A stretch of 64,000 bases of DNA from an uncultured delta proteobacterium (GCA_963772835.1 CAVYYZ010000011.1:352001-416000); one strand, 5' to 3'; positions 18,243 to 28,543 are shown, numbered from the stretch's first letter. Notes: generated from the sequence alone by a model not told the origin. A program made the numbers and translations.

Positions 18243-20393
18243 ATGATCCGGCTCAACGACATTCTTGATAAAGTTTCAGCGTATAATCCGACGGCAGACC
18301 ATAATCTGATTCGTAAGGCGTACGTGTACTGTGCCAAGGTGCATCAGGGACAGACAAGACTGTCGGGAGAACCGTACATCATTCATCCTATGGAGGTGGC
18401 CGGCCTCCTGGCTGATCTTAAGCTGGATGTTCCCAGTATTGTGACAGGCTTCCTGCATGACACAATCGAAGATACACTGGCAACTTCGGAAGATTTGACC
18501 AGCATGTTCGGAGCTGAGGTGGCCGCACTGGTCGATGGCGTCACCAAAATCAGCAAGATCAACTTTAAAACCAAAGAAGAAAGCCAGGCTGAAAATTTTC
18601 GAAAAATGCTGCTGGCAATGGCCATCGATATTCGCGTTATTCTGGTCAAGCTGGCTGACCGTCTTCACAATATGCGAACGCTGGAGTTTCAGGATGAACT
18701 GAAACAGCGGCGAATAGCCCGTGAAACGATGGATATTTACGCCCCTATCGCCAATAGACTGGGTATTTCATGGGTAAAGGTTGAGCTGGAAGACCTTTCC
18801 TTTCGCTATTTACATCCTGAAATATACTTTGATCTGGTAAAGAAAATATCCCAGAAAAAGCATGAACGTGAAGCGTTTGTTGAAGAAGCAAAAGCTATCA
18901 TAACAGAAAAACTCAAGTTTTATGGTATTAATGGCGAGGTTTCAGGGCGGAGTAAACATCTCTTTTCAATCTATCGAAAGATGGAAAAACGTAATGTTGA
19001 GTTCGAAGAAATCTACGATCTGATTGCAGTACGTATACTGGTTGATGATATCCGTGAATGCTATGAGGTCCTGGGGGTAATACATTCCGCCTGGAAGCCG
19101 ATTCCGGGGCGTTTCAAAGACTATATTGCCATGCCCAAGGGGAATATGTATCAATCCCTGCACACGACTGTCATAGGGCCGCAGGGTGACCGGATGGAGG
19201 TTCAAATCCGGACTCATGAAATGCACAGCGTTGCCGATGCCGGGATCGCGGCACACTGGAAGTATAAAGAGGGCAAAGGGTATGACGAGAAGGAGGTCAA
19301 ACGCTTTGCATGGCTGCGCCAGCTCCTGGAATGGCAGCAGGATCTGCAGGATTCCAAAGAGTTTATGGATTCAGTCAGGGTTGAGTTGTTTACGGAAGAG
19401 GTCTACGTATTTACTCCCAAAGGAGATGTAAAGGGATATCCTAAAGGCTCTACTCCGATAGATTTTGCCTACAGCGTCCATACTGATATCGGGCATCGTT
19501 GTGTTGGTGCTAAGGTTAACGGCAAATTAGTGCCGCTTAAATACGAATTGAAAAATGGCGACATTGTCGAAGTTATAACATCGCCTCATCATACACCCAG
19601 TAAAGATTGGCTGAAAATTGTAAAAAGCTCGAGGGCACGCAATAAAATCAGATCATGGATAAAAGTTGAGGAGCGCAAACGGAGTATTGTTCTGGGACGG
19701 GATATTTGTGAAAAAGATTTTCGCAGATATTCAATTAATCTTCAAAAAATTCAAAAAAGTGGCGAGTTCAAAAAGATAGCTGCAGAATTCGGTTACGCTG
19801 CAGATGATGACTTATTAGCGGCAGTCGGTTATGGCAAAATATCAAGCGGTCAGATTGTCGGTAAACTTCTCCCCGGAGAAAAACTAAAAGAGCGCTCCGA
19901 ACATAAGGAATCAAGACTTGAGTCAGTCATAAATAAGTTGAAGGGCAGATCAAGCAGTGCGGTCGAAATCAGCGGGCTTGATGATGTGCTGGTACGTTTT
20001 GGCAAATGTTGCAATCCGGTGCCCGGGGATGAAATCACTGGCTTTATTACACGGGGAAAAGGTGTGACAGTACATACTTCTGATTGCCAGTTTGCTCTTG
20101 AGAGTGATCCTGAGAGATGTGTCGATGTGGCCTGGAATAAAATCAAAAATGCGGTACTGCCGGTTAAAATCAGGGTGCTGTGCCATGATGTAAAAGGAAT
20201 ATTGGCGACGATCACTCTGGCGATAACAAATTGCGAGGCAAATATTGCCAGTGCCCAGATCCAGAGCACTATTGACCAGCGCGGAGAAAATATTTTTGAG
20301 GTTAATGTTACCGATCTGGTTCATCTGCAAAAAGTAATGAATTCACTTATGAAAATAAAAGGCGTAATTAAAGTGGAAAGGATCAAGCGATAA
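18243..20393 (+). CDS. relA: Bifunctional (p)ppGpp synthetase/hydrolase (long RSH)
   Basis: HD domain (LHDTIED, KLADRLHN), YQSLHT, EVQIRT, TGS domain (PIDFAYSVHT), KCCNP and ACT domain. Confidence 0.95.
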   Translation: MIRLNDILDKVSAYNPTADHNLIRKAYVYCAKVHQGQTRLSGEPYIIHPMEVAGLLADLKLDVPSIVTGFLHDTIEDTLATSEDLTSMFGAEVAALVDGVTKISKINFKTKEESQAENFRKMLLAMAIDIRVILVKLADRLHNMRTLEFQDELKQRRIARETMDIYAPIANRLGISWVKVELEDLSFRYLHPEIYFDLVKKISQKKHEREAFVEEAKAIITEKLKFYGINGEVSGRSKHLFSIYRKMEKRNVEFEEIYDLIAVRILVDDIRECYEVLGVIHSAWKPIPGRFKDYIAMPKGNMYQSLHTTVIGPQGDRMEVQIRTHEMHSVADAGIAAHWKYKEGKGYDEKEVKRFAWLRQLLEWQQDLQDSKEFMDSVRVELFTEEVYVFTPKGDVKGYPKGSTPIDFAYSVHTDIGHRCVGAKVNGKLVPLKYELKNGDIVEVITSPHHTPSKDWLKIVKSSRARNKIRSWIKVEERKRSIVLGRDICEKDFRRYSINLQKIQKSGEFKKIAAEFGYAADDDLLAAVGYGKISSGQIVGKLLPGEKLKERSEHKESRLESVINKLKGRSSSAVEISGLDDVLVRFGKCCNPVPGDEITGFITRGKGVTVHTSDCQFALESDPERCVDVAWNKIKNAVLPVKIRVLCHDVKGILATITLAITNCEANIASAQIQSTIDQRGENIFEVNVTDLVHLQKVMNSLMKIKGVIKVERIKR

Positions 20394-20409
20394 AGGAAGG
20401 GCCCAAACT

Positions 20410-20790
20410 ATGAAACTCGAAATTATTTCAACTGACAAAGCACCGGCGGCAATCGGTCCATACTCACAGGCCGTAAAATACGGGAACATACTGTTTTGTT
20501 CCGGTCAAATCCCGCTTGATCCTGCCAGCGGAGAATTGGTGACGGGTGATATTACCCGTCAGGCTGAGCAGGTCATGAATAATATCGCTGCTGTGCTGTC
20601 AGAAGCAGGCGCCGGATTTGATGATGTGATTAAAACCACAATATATCTGATTGATATGGCAGATTTTGCTGCGGTGAATGAAGTATACGGTTATCGATTT
20701 CCCGGCCATAAACCGGCCCGTTCCACTGTTGCCGTAAAAGCCCTGCCGCGAGGGGTGCTGCTGGAAATAGAAGTAATCGCCGGTTTATAA
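20410..20790 (+). CDS. ridA: RidA/YjgF enamine deaminase
   Basis: APAAIGPYSQA, SGQIP, PARS and LEIEVIA motifs. Confidence 0.93.
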   Translation: MKLEIISTDKAPAAIGPYSQAVKYGNILFCSGQIPLDPASGELVTGDITRQAEQVMNNIAAVLSEAGAGFDDVIKTTIYLIDMADFAAVNEVYGYRFPGHKPARSTVAVKALPRGVLLEIEVIAGL

Positions 20791-20801
20791 ACGTGGCAAC
20801 G

Positions 20802-20832
20802 AAAAAAAGCCGCACCCGGTGGGGGTGCGGCT
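20802..20832 (-). terminator. Terminator for rpmB (possibly bidirectional)
   Basis: AGCCGCACCC/GGGTGCGGCT stem with A7 on the + side. Confidence 0.75.
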
Positions 20833-20910
20833 ACATAGTAAAGTGTGCTCATGCGTTTGAGGCCGTAAAGCGGGTCTCAGGCATAAAAGTGATGGAATGA
20901 ATCCGGTTTA

Positions 20911-21105
20911 CTAAAGAGATTTAGTAACAAATCCTGACCGGATACAACGGGTACAAACCTTAACTGTAGATATGCTGCCGTTGTTTTTGACGGCCTTGAT
21001 TTTTTGGAGATTTGGATACCAGACCGTACGCGTTTTATTGTTTGCATGGCTGACATTGTTTCCAAAGCTGGGGCCTTTACCGCAAATTTCACATTTTCTT
21101 GACAT
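20911..21105 (-). CDS. rpmB: 50S ribosomal protein L28 (Zn-binding form)
   Basis: [10 protein letters not shown]...NVSHANNKT...PNLQ...VCTRC. Confidence 0.97.
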   Translation of the reverse strand: MSRKCEICGKGPSFGNNVSHANNKTRTVWYPNLQKIKAVKNNGSISTVKVCTRCIRSGFVTKSL

Positions 21106-21185
21106 ATTGTTGTCCTCCGTTGATTACTGAAAAAATTTTTATAGCAGACTGATGTGATTGTTGCAAGAAAAATATGGGACAAGGT

Positions 21186-21800
21186 ATGAATATAATCAAA
21201 GCATTCCTCACACTATGTATCATAGGACTGGTTGTTATTGCGGTCCTTTTTATTGATTTTACATATAAAACCTTTTCGTATCGTCAAAAAAATCAGAAAA
21301 CAGATGCAATAGTGGTTTTGACAGGCGGCAAGGGCCGCGTAGAGGAAGGGGTGCGTCTTTTCCGGGAGTCTCAAGCTACTTTTCTCATTTTTGTGGGTGT
21401 CGACCCGTCAGTTAGAAAAAGCGACCTGTATCGACCTAAACCCGGGGATCCTTCTGCAGATAATGTTATTCTTGAAAAATCATCCCGTAATACTCTTGAA
21501 AATTCAATCTTCGGTCGTGACGTTATCGTGAGCAGCGGTGTTCATACTGTACTTTTGATCACTTCTCGCTACCATCTTAAACGCGCATCCATTCTTTTTC
21601 GTAATTCTCTGCCTAAAGATATTACTATAATTCCGTACCCTGTAGATTCTGTAAACCTGAAGGAGTCATGGTGGAGCGATGGTGGCAGCTTTCATTTATT
21701 GTTCCGAGAGTTTTATAAATACTGCATGTTCCGGATGTTTTTTCTTCTGGCACCCGGAGATCTTCGGGAAAGCGTACTGCCGACTGCTGCGGGCGGGTGA
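21186..21800 (+). CDS. YdcF/DUF218 (ElyC/SanA-like) protein
   Basis: N-terminal TM helix, DAIVVLTGG, SRNTLEN and LLITSRYHLKRA motifs. Confidence 0.85.
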   Translation: MNIIKAFLTLCIIGLVVIAVLFIDFTYKTFSYRQKNQKTDAIVVLTGGKGRVEEGVRLFRESQATFLIFVGVDPSVRKSDLYRPKPGDPSADNVILEKSSRNTLENSIFGRDVIVSSGVHTVLLITSRYHLKRASILFRNSLPKDITIIPYPVDSVNLKESWWSDGGSFHLLFREFYKYCMFRMFFLLAPGDLRESVLPTAAGG

Positions 21801-21867
21801 CGCCCCTTTCATATTTTATCGTTATCTGCTATAACCCGCGATATTCTGTGAGCGAAAGGTTTCTATC

Positions 21868-23262
21868 ATGCGTTATATAAGTACCCGTGGCGGAATCACC
21901 CCCATTCCATTCAAAGATGCTGTCATGATGGGACTGGCTTCTGATGGAGGTCTGCTTCTGCCGGAATCCTACCCAACTGTCACCAGAGATCAGCTTGAAT
22001 CCTGGCGCGGACTCACTTATCCGGAGCTGGCATTTAAAATCATATCTTGTTACGTTGATGATATTCCCTCCAACGATCTGAAGGAGTTGATCAATCGTTC
22101 TTATGAGAGCTTTTCTCACCCTGAAGTCACTCCATTAGTCAAAAAAGACGGCGTCTATATTCTCGAGCTGTTTCACGGCGTAACGTTGGCTTTCAAGGAT
22201 GTCGCCCTGCAGTTTCTGGGCAATCTGTTCGAATACATACTCGCGGAACGTAATCAGATATTGAACATCATTGGCGCAACCTCGGGTGATACCGGCAGCG
22301 CTGCTATTCATGGTGTGCGCGGTAAAAAAGGAATTTCAATCTTCATTCTTCATCCGTATGGAAAAACCTCTGCCGTTCAGGCCCTGCAGATGACCTCTGT
22401 TACTGACGCCAATGTTCATAATATTGCTCTGCGCGGCACCTTTGATGATTGTCAGAATATGGTAAAGGAGCTCTTTGGCGATCTTGAATTCAAAGAGAAA
22501 TATTCTCTCGGGGCGGTAAACTCAATTAACTGGGCACGTGTACTGGCACAGGTGGTGTATTATTTTTACGCATGGCTTCGGGTAACCGATGGTTCAGAGG
22601 AAACCGGTAGTCCGGTTCATTTTTCGGTGCCTACCGGAAATTTTGGCGATATTTTTGCCGGTTATGTCGCGAAGAGAATGGGTTTGCCGGCACATACGCT
22701 TTTACTTGCAACCAATGAAAACAATATACTTACCCGCTTCATTAACGCAGCTGATTACTCTCTGGGTGAAGTCGTTGCAACAGTATCGCCATCCATGGAT
22801 ATACAGGTTGCATCAAATTTCGAACGATACCTGTTTCATCTGTTTGCAGAAAACTCTGCTCGTGTAAAAGAAGCGTTCGTCGAACTAAAGGAGCATGGCC
22901 GCATTTTATGCACTTCCGACGAAATGGCTCAGGTTCGAAAAGACTTCTGCTCAGTTTCGGTCAACCAGGCTGCCACGCTTCAGACAATCCGTGATTTTTA
23001 TGGGAATACCGGCTACCTGCTTGATCCTCATACCGCCGTTGGTGTAAAAGCTGCGCTTGATCTTTTACCTCCGGATTCTGCCAGAGTATGTCTTGCCACG
23101 GCTCACCCTGCCAAATTCAGTGAAACTGTAGAGCACACACTCGGAATGCAGGTCCCGGTGCCTGAATCGGTCAAGGAATTATTCGGGAAACCTACCAGAT
23201 GTGAAATCATGGATGCCGACATAGGTAAAGTTCGTGAATTTTTCATTGCCCATATAGGGTAA
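21868..23262 (+). CDS. thrC: Threonine synthase
   Basis: MRYISTRG, LELFHGVTLAFKD, ATSGDTG, NSINWAR, VPTGNFG and ATAHPAKF motifs. Confidence 0.97.
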   Translation: MRYISTRGGITPIPFKDAVMMGLASDGGLLLPESYPTVTRDQLESWRGLTYPELAFKIISCYVDDIPSNDLKELINRSYESFSHPEVTPLVKKDGVYILELFHGVTLAFKDVALQFLGNLFEYILAERNQILNIIGATSGDTGSAAIHGVRGKKGISIFILHPYGKTSAVQALQMTSVTDANVHNIALRGTFDDCQNMVKELFGDLEFKEKYSLGAVNSINWARVLAQVVYYFYAWLRVTDGSEETGSPVHFSVPTGNFGDIFAGYVAKRMGLPAHTLLLATNENNILTRFINAADYSLGEVVATVSPSMDIQVASNFERYLFHLFAENSARVKEAFVELKEHGRILCTSDEMAQVRKDFCSVSVNQAATLQTIRDFYGNTGYLLDPHTAVGVKAALDLLPPDSARVCLATAHPAKFSETVEHTLGMQVPVPESVKELFGKPTRCEIMDADIGKVREFFIAHIG

Positions 23263-23273
23263 CAACCCACACC

Positions 23274-24842
23274 ATGTCAGAAAAACGGCATATAGCCAGG
23301 GCGGCAGGAGTTTTGGGCAGCACGACGATGCTGTCGCGAATCATGGGGATGGTTCGCGACATGGTAGTATCGCGCCTGTTTGGTGCCGGTCTTGCCACAG
23401 ATGCTTTTTTTGCGGCGTTTCAGATTCCAAACATGCTCAGGCGTTTTTTTGCAGAGGGGGCCTTGACGGCCGCTTTTGTTCCAACCTTTTCGGCGATCCT
23501 CACCCAACGTGGAAGCGGGAAGGCCCGCGAACTTGCCAATACCTGCTTCACCCTTCTTACCATCATCATGGCATTTATTACTCTTGCCGGAGTCATTTTT
23601 TCTCCCGTTATTGTTGGTCTGATGTTTCCCGGATTCAAGGCTGAGCCGGGGAAATTAGAACTGACCATTCTCCTTAACCGCTTGATGTTTCCTTATATAT
23701 TCTTTATCAGTCTCGTAGCGCTCTGTATGGGTATCCTTAATACTCTGCGGCATTTTTTTACACCCGCAATATCGACCGTTTTTTTAAATGTCTCCATGAT
23801 TCTTGCGGCTCTGTTCCTGCGTGGTTTCTTTAACGCTCCCATTACTGCTCTGGCTGTCGGAGTTCTGATCGGCGGTTGTATTCAGTTGGTTATGCAGGTG
23901 CCGGTTCTCAGAAGCAAAGGGTATCAGCTTAAACCTAACTTTGATTTTAACAATCCTGAAGTTCGCAGTATTGCCACGTTGATGCTCCCATCTGTTTTCG
24001 GAGTTGGTGTCTACTATCTTAATATTACTGTCAGCGCTATCCTTGCCTCTCTACTCCCGCAGGGGAGCGTTTCGTACCTCTATTATGCACAGCGGCTGTT
24101 CGAATTTCCACAAGGCATATTTACGGTCTCGGTGGCACAGGCGGTTCTGCCGTCAATGAGCAGGCAGGCTGCTGAAGGTGATATTGACGGTATGAAGGAG
24201 ACTCTCTCATTTGGAATGCGCTTGATGCTCTTTATTACCATTCCTGCCATGGCAGGTCTCATGGTCTGTTCAACACCTATTTTCAGTCTGATATTCATGG
24301 GTGGCGCCTTCGATTTTGTTACAGTTATTAACTCCGCTTCGGCACTTCTGTACTATTCTGTAGGACTCTCCTTTGTTGCGTTAACTCGAGTACTGGCGCC
24401 GGTGTTTTATGCGCTGAAGGATACTAAAACCCCTGTCATTACAGCATTTATTGCCTTTATCATTAATTTCTGCTTAAGCCTTTTATTGATGGGCCCGCTC
24501 AAACACGGTGGATTGGCCCTCGCAACGACACTCTCGGCGTTCTGCAATATGCTGATGCTGCTCTGGCTCCTCAGGCGAAAGATCGGTTCTTTTGGCGGGA
24601 ACAGGATCATGATGACCGCTCTGAAATCGAGCGCTGCATCAATTCCAATGTCTGCTGCAGTCTGGTATGGCTGTTCTTTTATCGATTGGTCTCAGGATGG
24701 GCATAAGATGTTGAAAGGTGCTGTTCTGGGAGGTTCCATCATCTGCGGAAGTGCAGTCTATTTCTTATTAGCGAAACTTTTCCGTTCCGAAGAAGCGCTG
24801 GAGTCGGTAGCACTGTTGCGGAGTAAACTACTAAAAGGGTAA
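23274..24842 (+). CDS. murJ: Lipid II flippase MurJ (MviN)
   Basis: SRIMGMVRD, AFQIPNMLRRFFAEGA, LYYAQRLFEFP and FYALKDTKTP motifs. Confidence 0.96.
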   Translation: MSEKRHIARAAGVLGSTTMLSRIMGMVRDMVVSRLFGAGLATDAFFAAFQIPNMLRRFFAEGALTAAFVPTFSAILTQRGSGKARELANTCFTLLTIIMAFITLAGVIFSPVIVGLMFPGFKAEPGKLELTILLNRLMFPYIFFISLVALCMGILNTLRHFFTPAISTVFLNVSMILAALFLRGFFNAPITALAVGVLIGGCIQLVMQVPVLRSKGYQLKPNFDFNNPEVRSIATLMLPSVFGVGVYYLNITVSAILASLLPQGSVSYLYYAQRLFEFPQGIFTVSVAQAVLPSMSRQAAEGDIDGMKETLSFGMRLMLFITIPAMAGLMVCSTPIFSLIFMGGAFDFVTVINSASALLYYSVGLSFVALTRVLAPVFYALKDTKTPVITAFIAFIINFCLSLLLMGPLKHGGLALATTLSAFCNMLMLLWLLRRKIGSFGGNRIMMTALKSSAASIPMSAAVWYGCSFIDWSQDGHKMLKGAVLGGSIICGSAVYFLLAKLFRSEEALESVALLRSKLLKG

Positions 24843-25171
24843 CCGGTGGTTCCATGTATTGTATCCAGCCGTATTACCTGCTGCATCAAGCGGGTTTCAG
24901 TCCGGTTTAACCGGAGAGGGTGCGACGCTGCTAAAAACACTTTTAAGATGGAACGTGCTGAATTCATTGGGGTGCTCGGAATTGTAATTCAGATGGTTAT
25001 GCACAGGTTTACGCTCTCATAAAAAAAATTTATAGTGATAAAAGAGCTTGACAGCGTAACCAGCTACTTTTACTGACAATGATTGTAACTATCCGAAATC
25101 ATAGAAAAAATATGCTGTATAAAAAAACGGCATTTAGTACAAAACACGTGCTAAAATATCACTTACGAATA

Positions 25172-25217
25172 TCGTCAACATTGTTGTCAACAGGTTATCC
25201 ACATATTTTGTGGATAA
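25172..25217. promoter_or_regulatory. DnaA-box cluster with DARS-like geometry
   Basis: TCGTCAACA ttg TTGTCAACA gg TTATCCACA tattt TGTGGATAA, containing two perfect oppositely oriented boxes. An extra TTATGCACA lies at 24997-25005. Confidence 0.75.
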
Positions 25218-25258
25218 TAACAACAACCTAGCAAAAACAGTTATTTCGCGTTATTTAA

Positions 25259-26053
25259 TTAAAACTTACTATTGCGTTCGACGCTTTTTGCCATTTCCCA
25301 TAACACGTCCATCTCCTCAAGGGTGGCATTTTGCATATGCACTCCCTGACGGAACAGTTCTGCTTCTACAAAGCTGAAGCGCTTTTGGAAGCGGGATATG
25401 GTTTTACGAAGAGCTTCTTCGGGATTGAGAGATAAATATCTCCCCAAATTTGCAATAGCAAACAGCAAATCTCCCAACTCATCTTCCATCTTTGTTGGAT
25501 CTCCATCCGCCCAGGCTTCTTCGAATTCATGCAGTTCTTCCAGAACTTTTGCAAATACCTGGTCTGAATGTTCCCAGTCAAAACCGACTCGGGAAGCTTT
25601 TTCACTGATTTTATGAGCCTTCAGGAGGGCAGGAAGGTGATCAGGAACTCCTGAAAGAGCTGATGGTCGTTCGTCCCCTTTCTCAATTCGTTTGATATTT
25701 TCCCAGTTTTCAATCTGTTGGTTGCTGTCCTTGATCTCAAGATCGCCAAAAACATGGGGGTGTCGCCTGATCATTTTATCAATCAGCGTGCTGATAACAT
25801 CATAGATAGTAAAATCACCGGACTCCTCAGCAATAGCGGCGTGGAAAATAGGTTGAAGAAGCAGATCACCCAACTCTTCTTTCAGATGCTGAGGAGATTT
25901 CTCATCGATAGCTTCAATAACTTCGTAGGTTTCCTCCAACAGATAGCGGGTCAGGCTTTCATGTGTTTGCTCCGCGTCCCATGGGCAGCCGCCTGGTGCG
26001 CGCAATTTTCTCATTATGTCCAGAAGTTGTTCAAAGGAATTGAGAGAGTTCAT
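25259..26053 (-). CDS. mazG: Nucleoside triphosphate pyrophosphohydrolase MazG
   Basis: GCPWDAEQT, EETYE, EELGDLL, RRHPHVF and a second EDELGDLLF domain. Confidence 0.96.
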   Translation of the reverse strand: MNSLNSFEQLLDIMRKLRAPGGCPWDAEQTHESLTRYLLEETYEVIEAIDEKSPQHLKEELGDLLLQPIFHAAIAEESGDFTIYDVISTLIDKMIRRHPHVFGDLEIKDSNQQIENWENIKRIEKGDERPSALSGVPDHLPALLKAHKISEKASRVGFDWEHSDQVFAKVLEELHEFEEAWADGDPTKMEDELGDLLFAIANLGRYLSLNPEEALRKTISRFQKRFSFVEAELFRQGVHMQNATLEEMDVLWEMAKSVERNSKF

Positions 26054-26210
26054 AGTTGTTCCCTTTCGATGATATTACTTTTACCGACACAGATATGCCC
26101 GCTGTGAATAACATTGTCAATGAAACAGGTTGAAATTAAGTGGACAATGCGTGTCAAAGAATATTATGTTCCACGCTTAAGTCCACTCTGTCCATGTGCA
26201 GGAATAGTGT

Positions 26211-28535
26211 ATGGTTACCGTCAGGTTATCAGAAAAAAATTCTATTACAATTCCTTCCGAAATTCTGAACCAACTTGGTATAGAGCCAGGTGATGCTTTT
26301 GAAGTAGAAGAGTTAAACGGTGGTTTTATTGCCAGGCCTGTTCGTGTAGGGCCTGTTACTAAAACATCCTCTGCAGTGGCAGCAGTTGACGGTAACTACC
26401 TGAAAGATGATATCTCCCGCAAGAATCTCGAGGTCGGCATCCAGCATATTAAAGGAATAGGACCAAAGCTTGCTGCTCTCCTCGAAAAAAAAGAGATACG
26501 TACAGTTGAGGACGCACTCTATCTACTGCCGCTCCGCTATGAAGACCGCCGTGAGTTGACGCCGATTTCGTCACTCAGCCCCGGCCGGAGTGCGGTATTT
26601 TTTGGCAAGGTTCTGTCCGCTGACGCCGGCACAACAAAGGGCGGACGGCGGGTATTTGAGGCGCTGGTGCAGGATGAGAGCGGCTCAATCGTCTTCAAGT
26701 GGTTTCATGCCAATAGTGTCTGGATGAAACGTACCTGGAAAATCGGACGAGCCGGTGTTTTTTGCGGTGAAGTTAATCAGTTCGGATATCAGAGAGAGGT
26801 ACATCATCCCGATGTAGAATGGCTGCCTGAAGGAGCCAGTCTGAATTCACTGCTTGATTCTGACCCCGCAAATTTCGGGCGAATAGTTCCCGTCTATCCA
26901 CTCACAGAGGGGATACATCAGAAGACGATGCGACGTGTTATGCGCGAAGTCGTCAATGGTTTTCTGCAGAACATAATAAGTGTTGTACCTGCAGAACTAT
27001 ATCCCGCGCAGATTCCTACTCTCCGGGAAGCGCTTGGTCAGGTGCATGTACCACCACCTGAAGCGGACATTGCCGATCTGAATGACGGAACTACACCGGC
27101 TCATCAGACCCTCGTATTTGACGAATTTTTTTTCTGGGAATTGGGGCTTGCTCTTAAGAAGCAGGGGGTGCTGAAGGAAAATGGGATAGCCTTTCAGGTA
27201 ACTCACCGCTATACCAAAGAACTGGTCCGCCTGATCCCTTTTGAACTGACATCGGCTCAGCGGCGGGTGCTGGCGGAAATTAAAGCAGATATGATGGCAC
27301 CGCATCCAATGCATCGTCTGGTTCAGGGTGATGTGGGAAGCGGCAAAACGCTTGTGGCTCTGATGGCAGCTTTGATCGCTGTTGAGAACGATTATCAGGT
27401 GGCCATCATGGCGCCGACCGAAATCCTGGCTGAACAGCACTGGCACACGATTCACCGCTGGTGCGCACAGATGGGGGTGGAAGTGATGCTGATAACGTCC
27501 AGCCTCAAGGGCATCGCCAAAAAAAAAGCGCTGGAGAGAATTGCCGCCGGCAGTGTCAGGATCGTCATCGGTACTCACGCGGTTATTCAGGAGAAAGTTG
27601 AATTTGCGAAACTAGGGCTGGGGGTGATCGATGAACAGCATCGTTTCGGAGTCCTGCAGCGTGGTCTCCTGAAAAAGAAGGGCCTCAACCCTGATATCCT
27701 GGTCATGACAGCCACCCCGATACCTCGCACCCTCGCCCTTACGCTGTTCGGAGACCTTGATTTGTCGGTAATAGATGAAATGCCTCCGGGAAGGATTCCT
27801 GTTGAGACCAGGGTTTTTTTTGAATCACGTCGCTCGCAACTCTATGGTATGATGCTGGATGAAGTCCGGTTAGGGCGGCAGGTCTATGTGATATATCCGT
27901 TAGTCGAAGAGACTGAAAAATCGGATCTGAAAGCTGCCAGTCAAATGGCAGAACATTTACAGACAGATATTTTTCCCGAATTACGAGTTGGACTGCTGCA
28001 TGGCAGGTTGAGCCCGCTTGAAAAGGAAGCGGTAATGGCCTCCTTTACGGCGCGTGAATTTGATATTCTGGTTTCGACAACCGTCATCGAAGTCGGTATC
28101 GATGTCCCGAATGCTTCCATGATGGTGATTGAACACGCGGAACGTTTCGGTCTATCTCAGCTGCATCAGTTGCGGGGCAGAGTAGGGCGCGGAAAAGAAA
28201 AATCATATTGCATATTGATGACAACAGGAAAAACCTCTGAAGTTGGTGAAAAACGCCTGAGGGTTATGGAATCGACCGGCGACGGTTTCCGGATTGCAGA
28301 AGCCGACCTGGAAATCAGGGGGGCCGGCGATTTCCTCGGCACCCGCCAGGCGGGTATTCCTGATTTCAGAATTGCCAATATTTTGCGAGACGGCTTTTTG
28401 CTGGAAAGAGCGCGTAAAGCAGCTTTTGACCTGCTGGAAAGCGATCCGCAACTTACCTGTCCGTCTCATGTGCCGATATATGATGAACTGCTGCGCCGCT
28501 GGGGCAAGCGGCTGGAACTAGCGACAATAGGATAG
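26211..28535 (+). CDS. recG: ATP-dependent DNA helicase RecG with an N-terminal AbrB/MazE-like extension
   Basis: QGDVGSGKT, DEQHRFG, MTATPIPR and GLSQLHQLRGRVGRG motifs. The first ~45 aa resemble an AbrB/SpoVT domain. Confidence 0.95.
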   Translation: MVTVRLSEKNSITIPSEILNQLGIEPGDAFEVEELNGGFIARPVRVGPVTKTSSAVAAVDGNYLKDDISRKNLEVGIQHIKGIGPKLAALLEKKEIRTVEDALYLLPLRYEDRRELTPISSLSPGRSAVFFGKVLSADAGTTKGGRRVFEALVQDESGSIVFKWFHANSVWMKRTWKIGRAGVFCGEVNQFGYQREVHHPDVEWLPEGASLNSLLDSDPANFGRIVPVYPLTEGIHQKTMRRVMREVVNGFLQNIISVVPAELYPAQIPTLREALGQVHVPPPEADIADLNDGTTPAHQTLVFDEFFFWELGLALKKQGVLKENGIAFQVTHRYTKELVRLIPFELTSAQRRVLAEIKADMMAPHPMHRLVQGDVGSGKTLVALMAALIAVENDYQVAIMAPTEILAEQHWHTIHRWCAQMGVEVMLITSSLKGIAKKKALERIAAGSVRIVIGTHAVIQEKVEFAKLGLGVIDEQHRFGVLQRGLLKKKGLNPDILVMTATPIPRTLALTLFGDLDLSVIDEMPPGRIPVETRVFFESRRSQLYGMMLDEVRLGRQVYVIYPLVEETEKSDLKAASQMAEHLQTDIFPELRVGLLHGRLSPLEKEAVMASFTAREFDILVSTTVIEVGIDVPNASMMVIEHAERFGLSQLHQLRGRVGRGKEKSYCILMTTGKTSEVGEKRLRVMESTGDGFRIAEADLEIRGAGDFLGTRQAGIPDFRIANILRDGFLLERARKAAFDLLESDPQLTCPSHVPIYDELLRRWGKRLELATIG

Positions 28536-28543
28536 GGTCGGCA

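Noticed and set aside
24843..25258. Calling the murJ-mazG gap oriC
   Set aside because: No dnaA, dnaN or gidA nearby, few boxes, and no evident DnaA-trio/DUE. Kept only as an alternative to the DARS-like interpretation.
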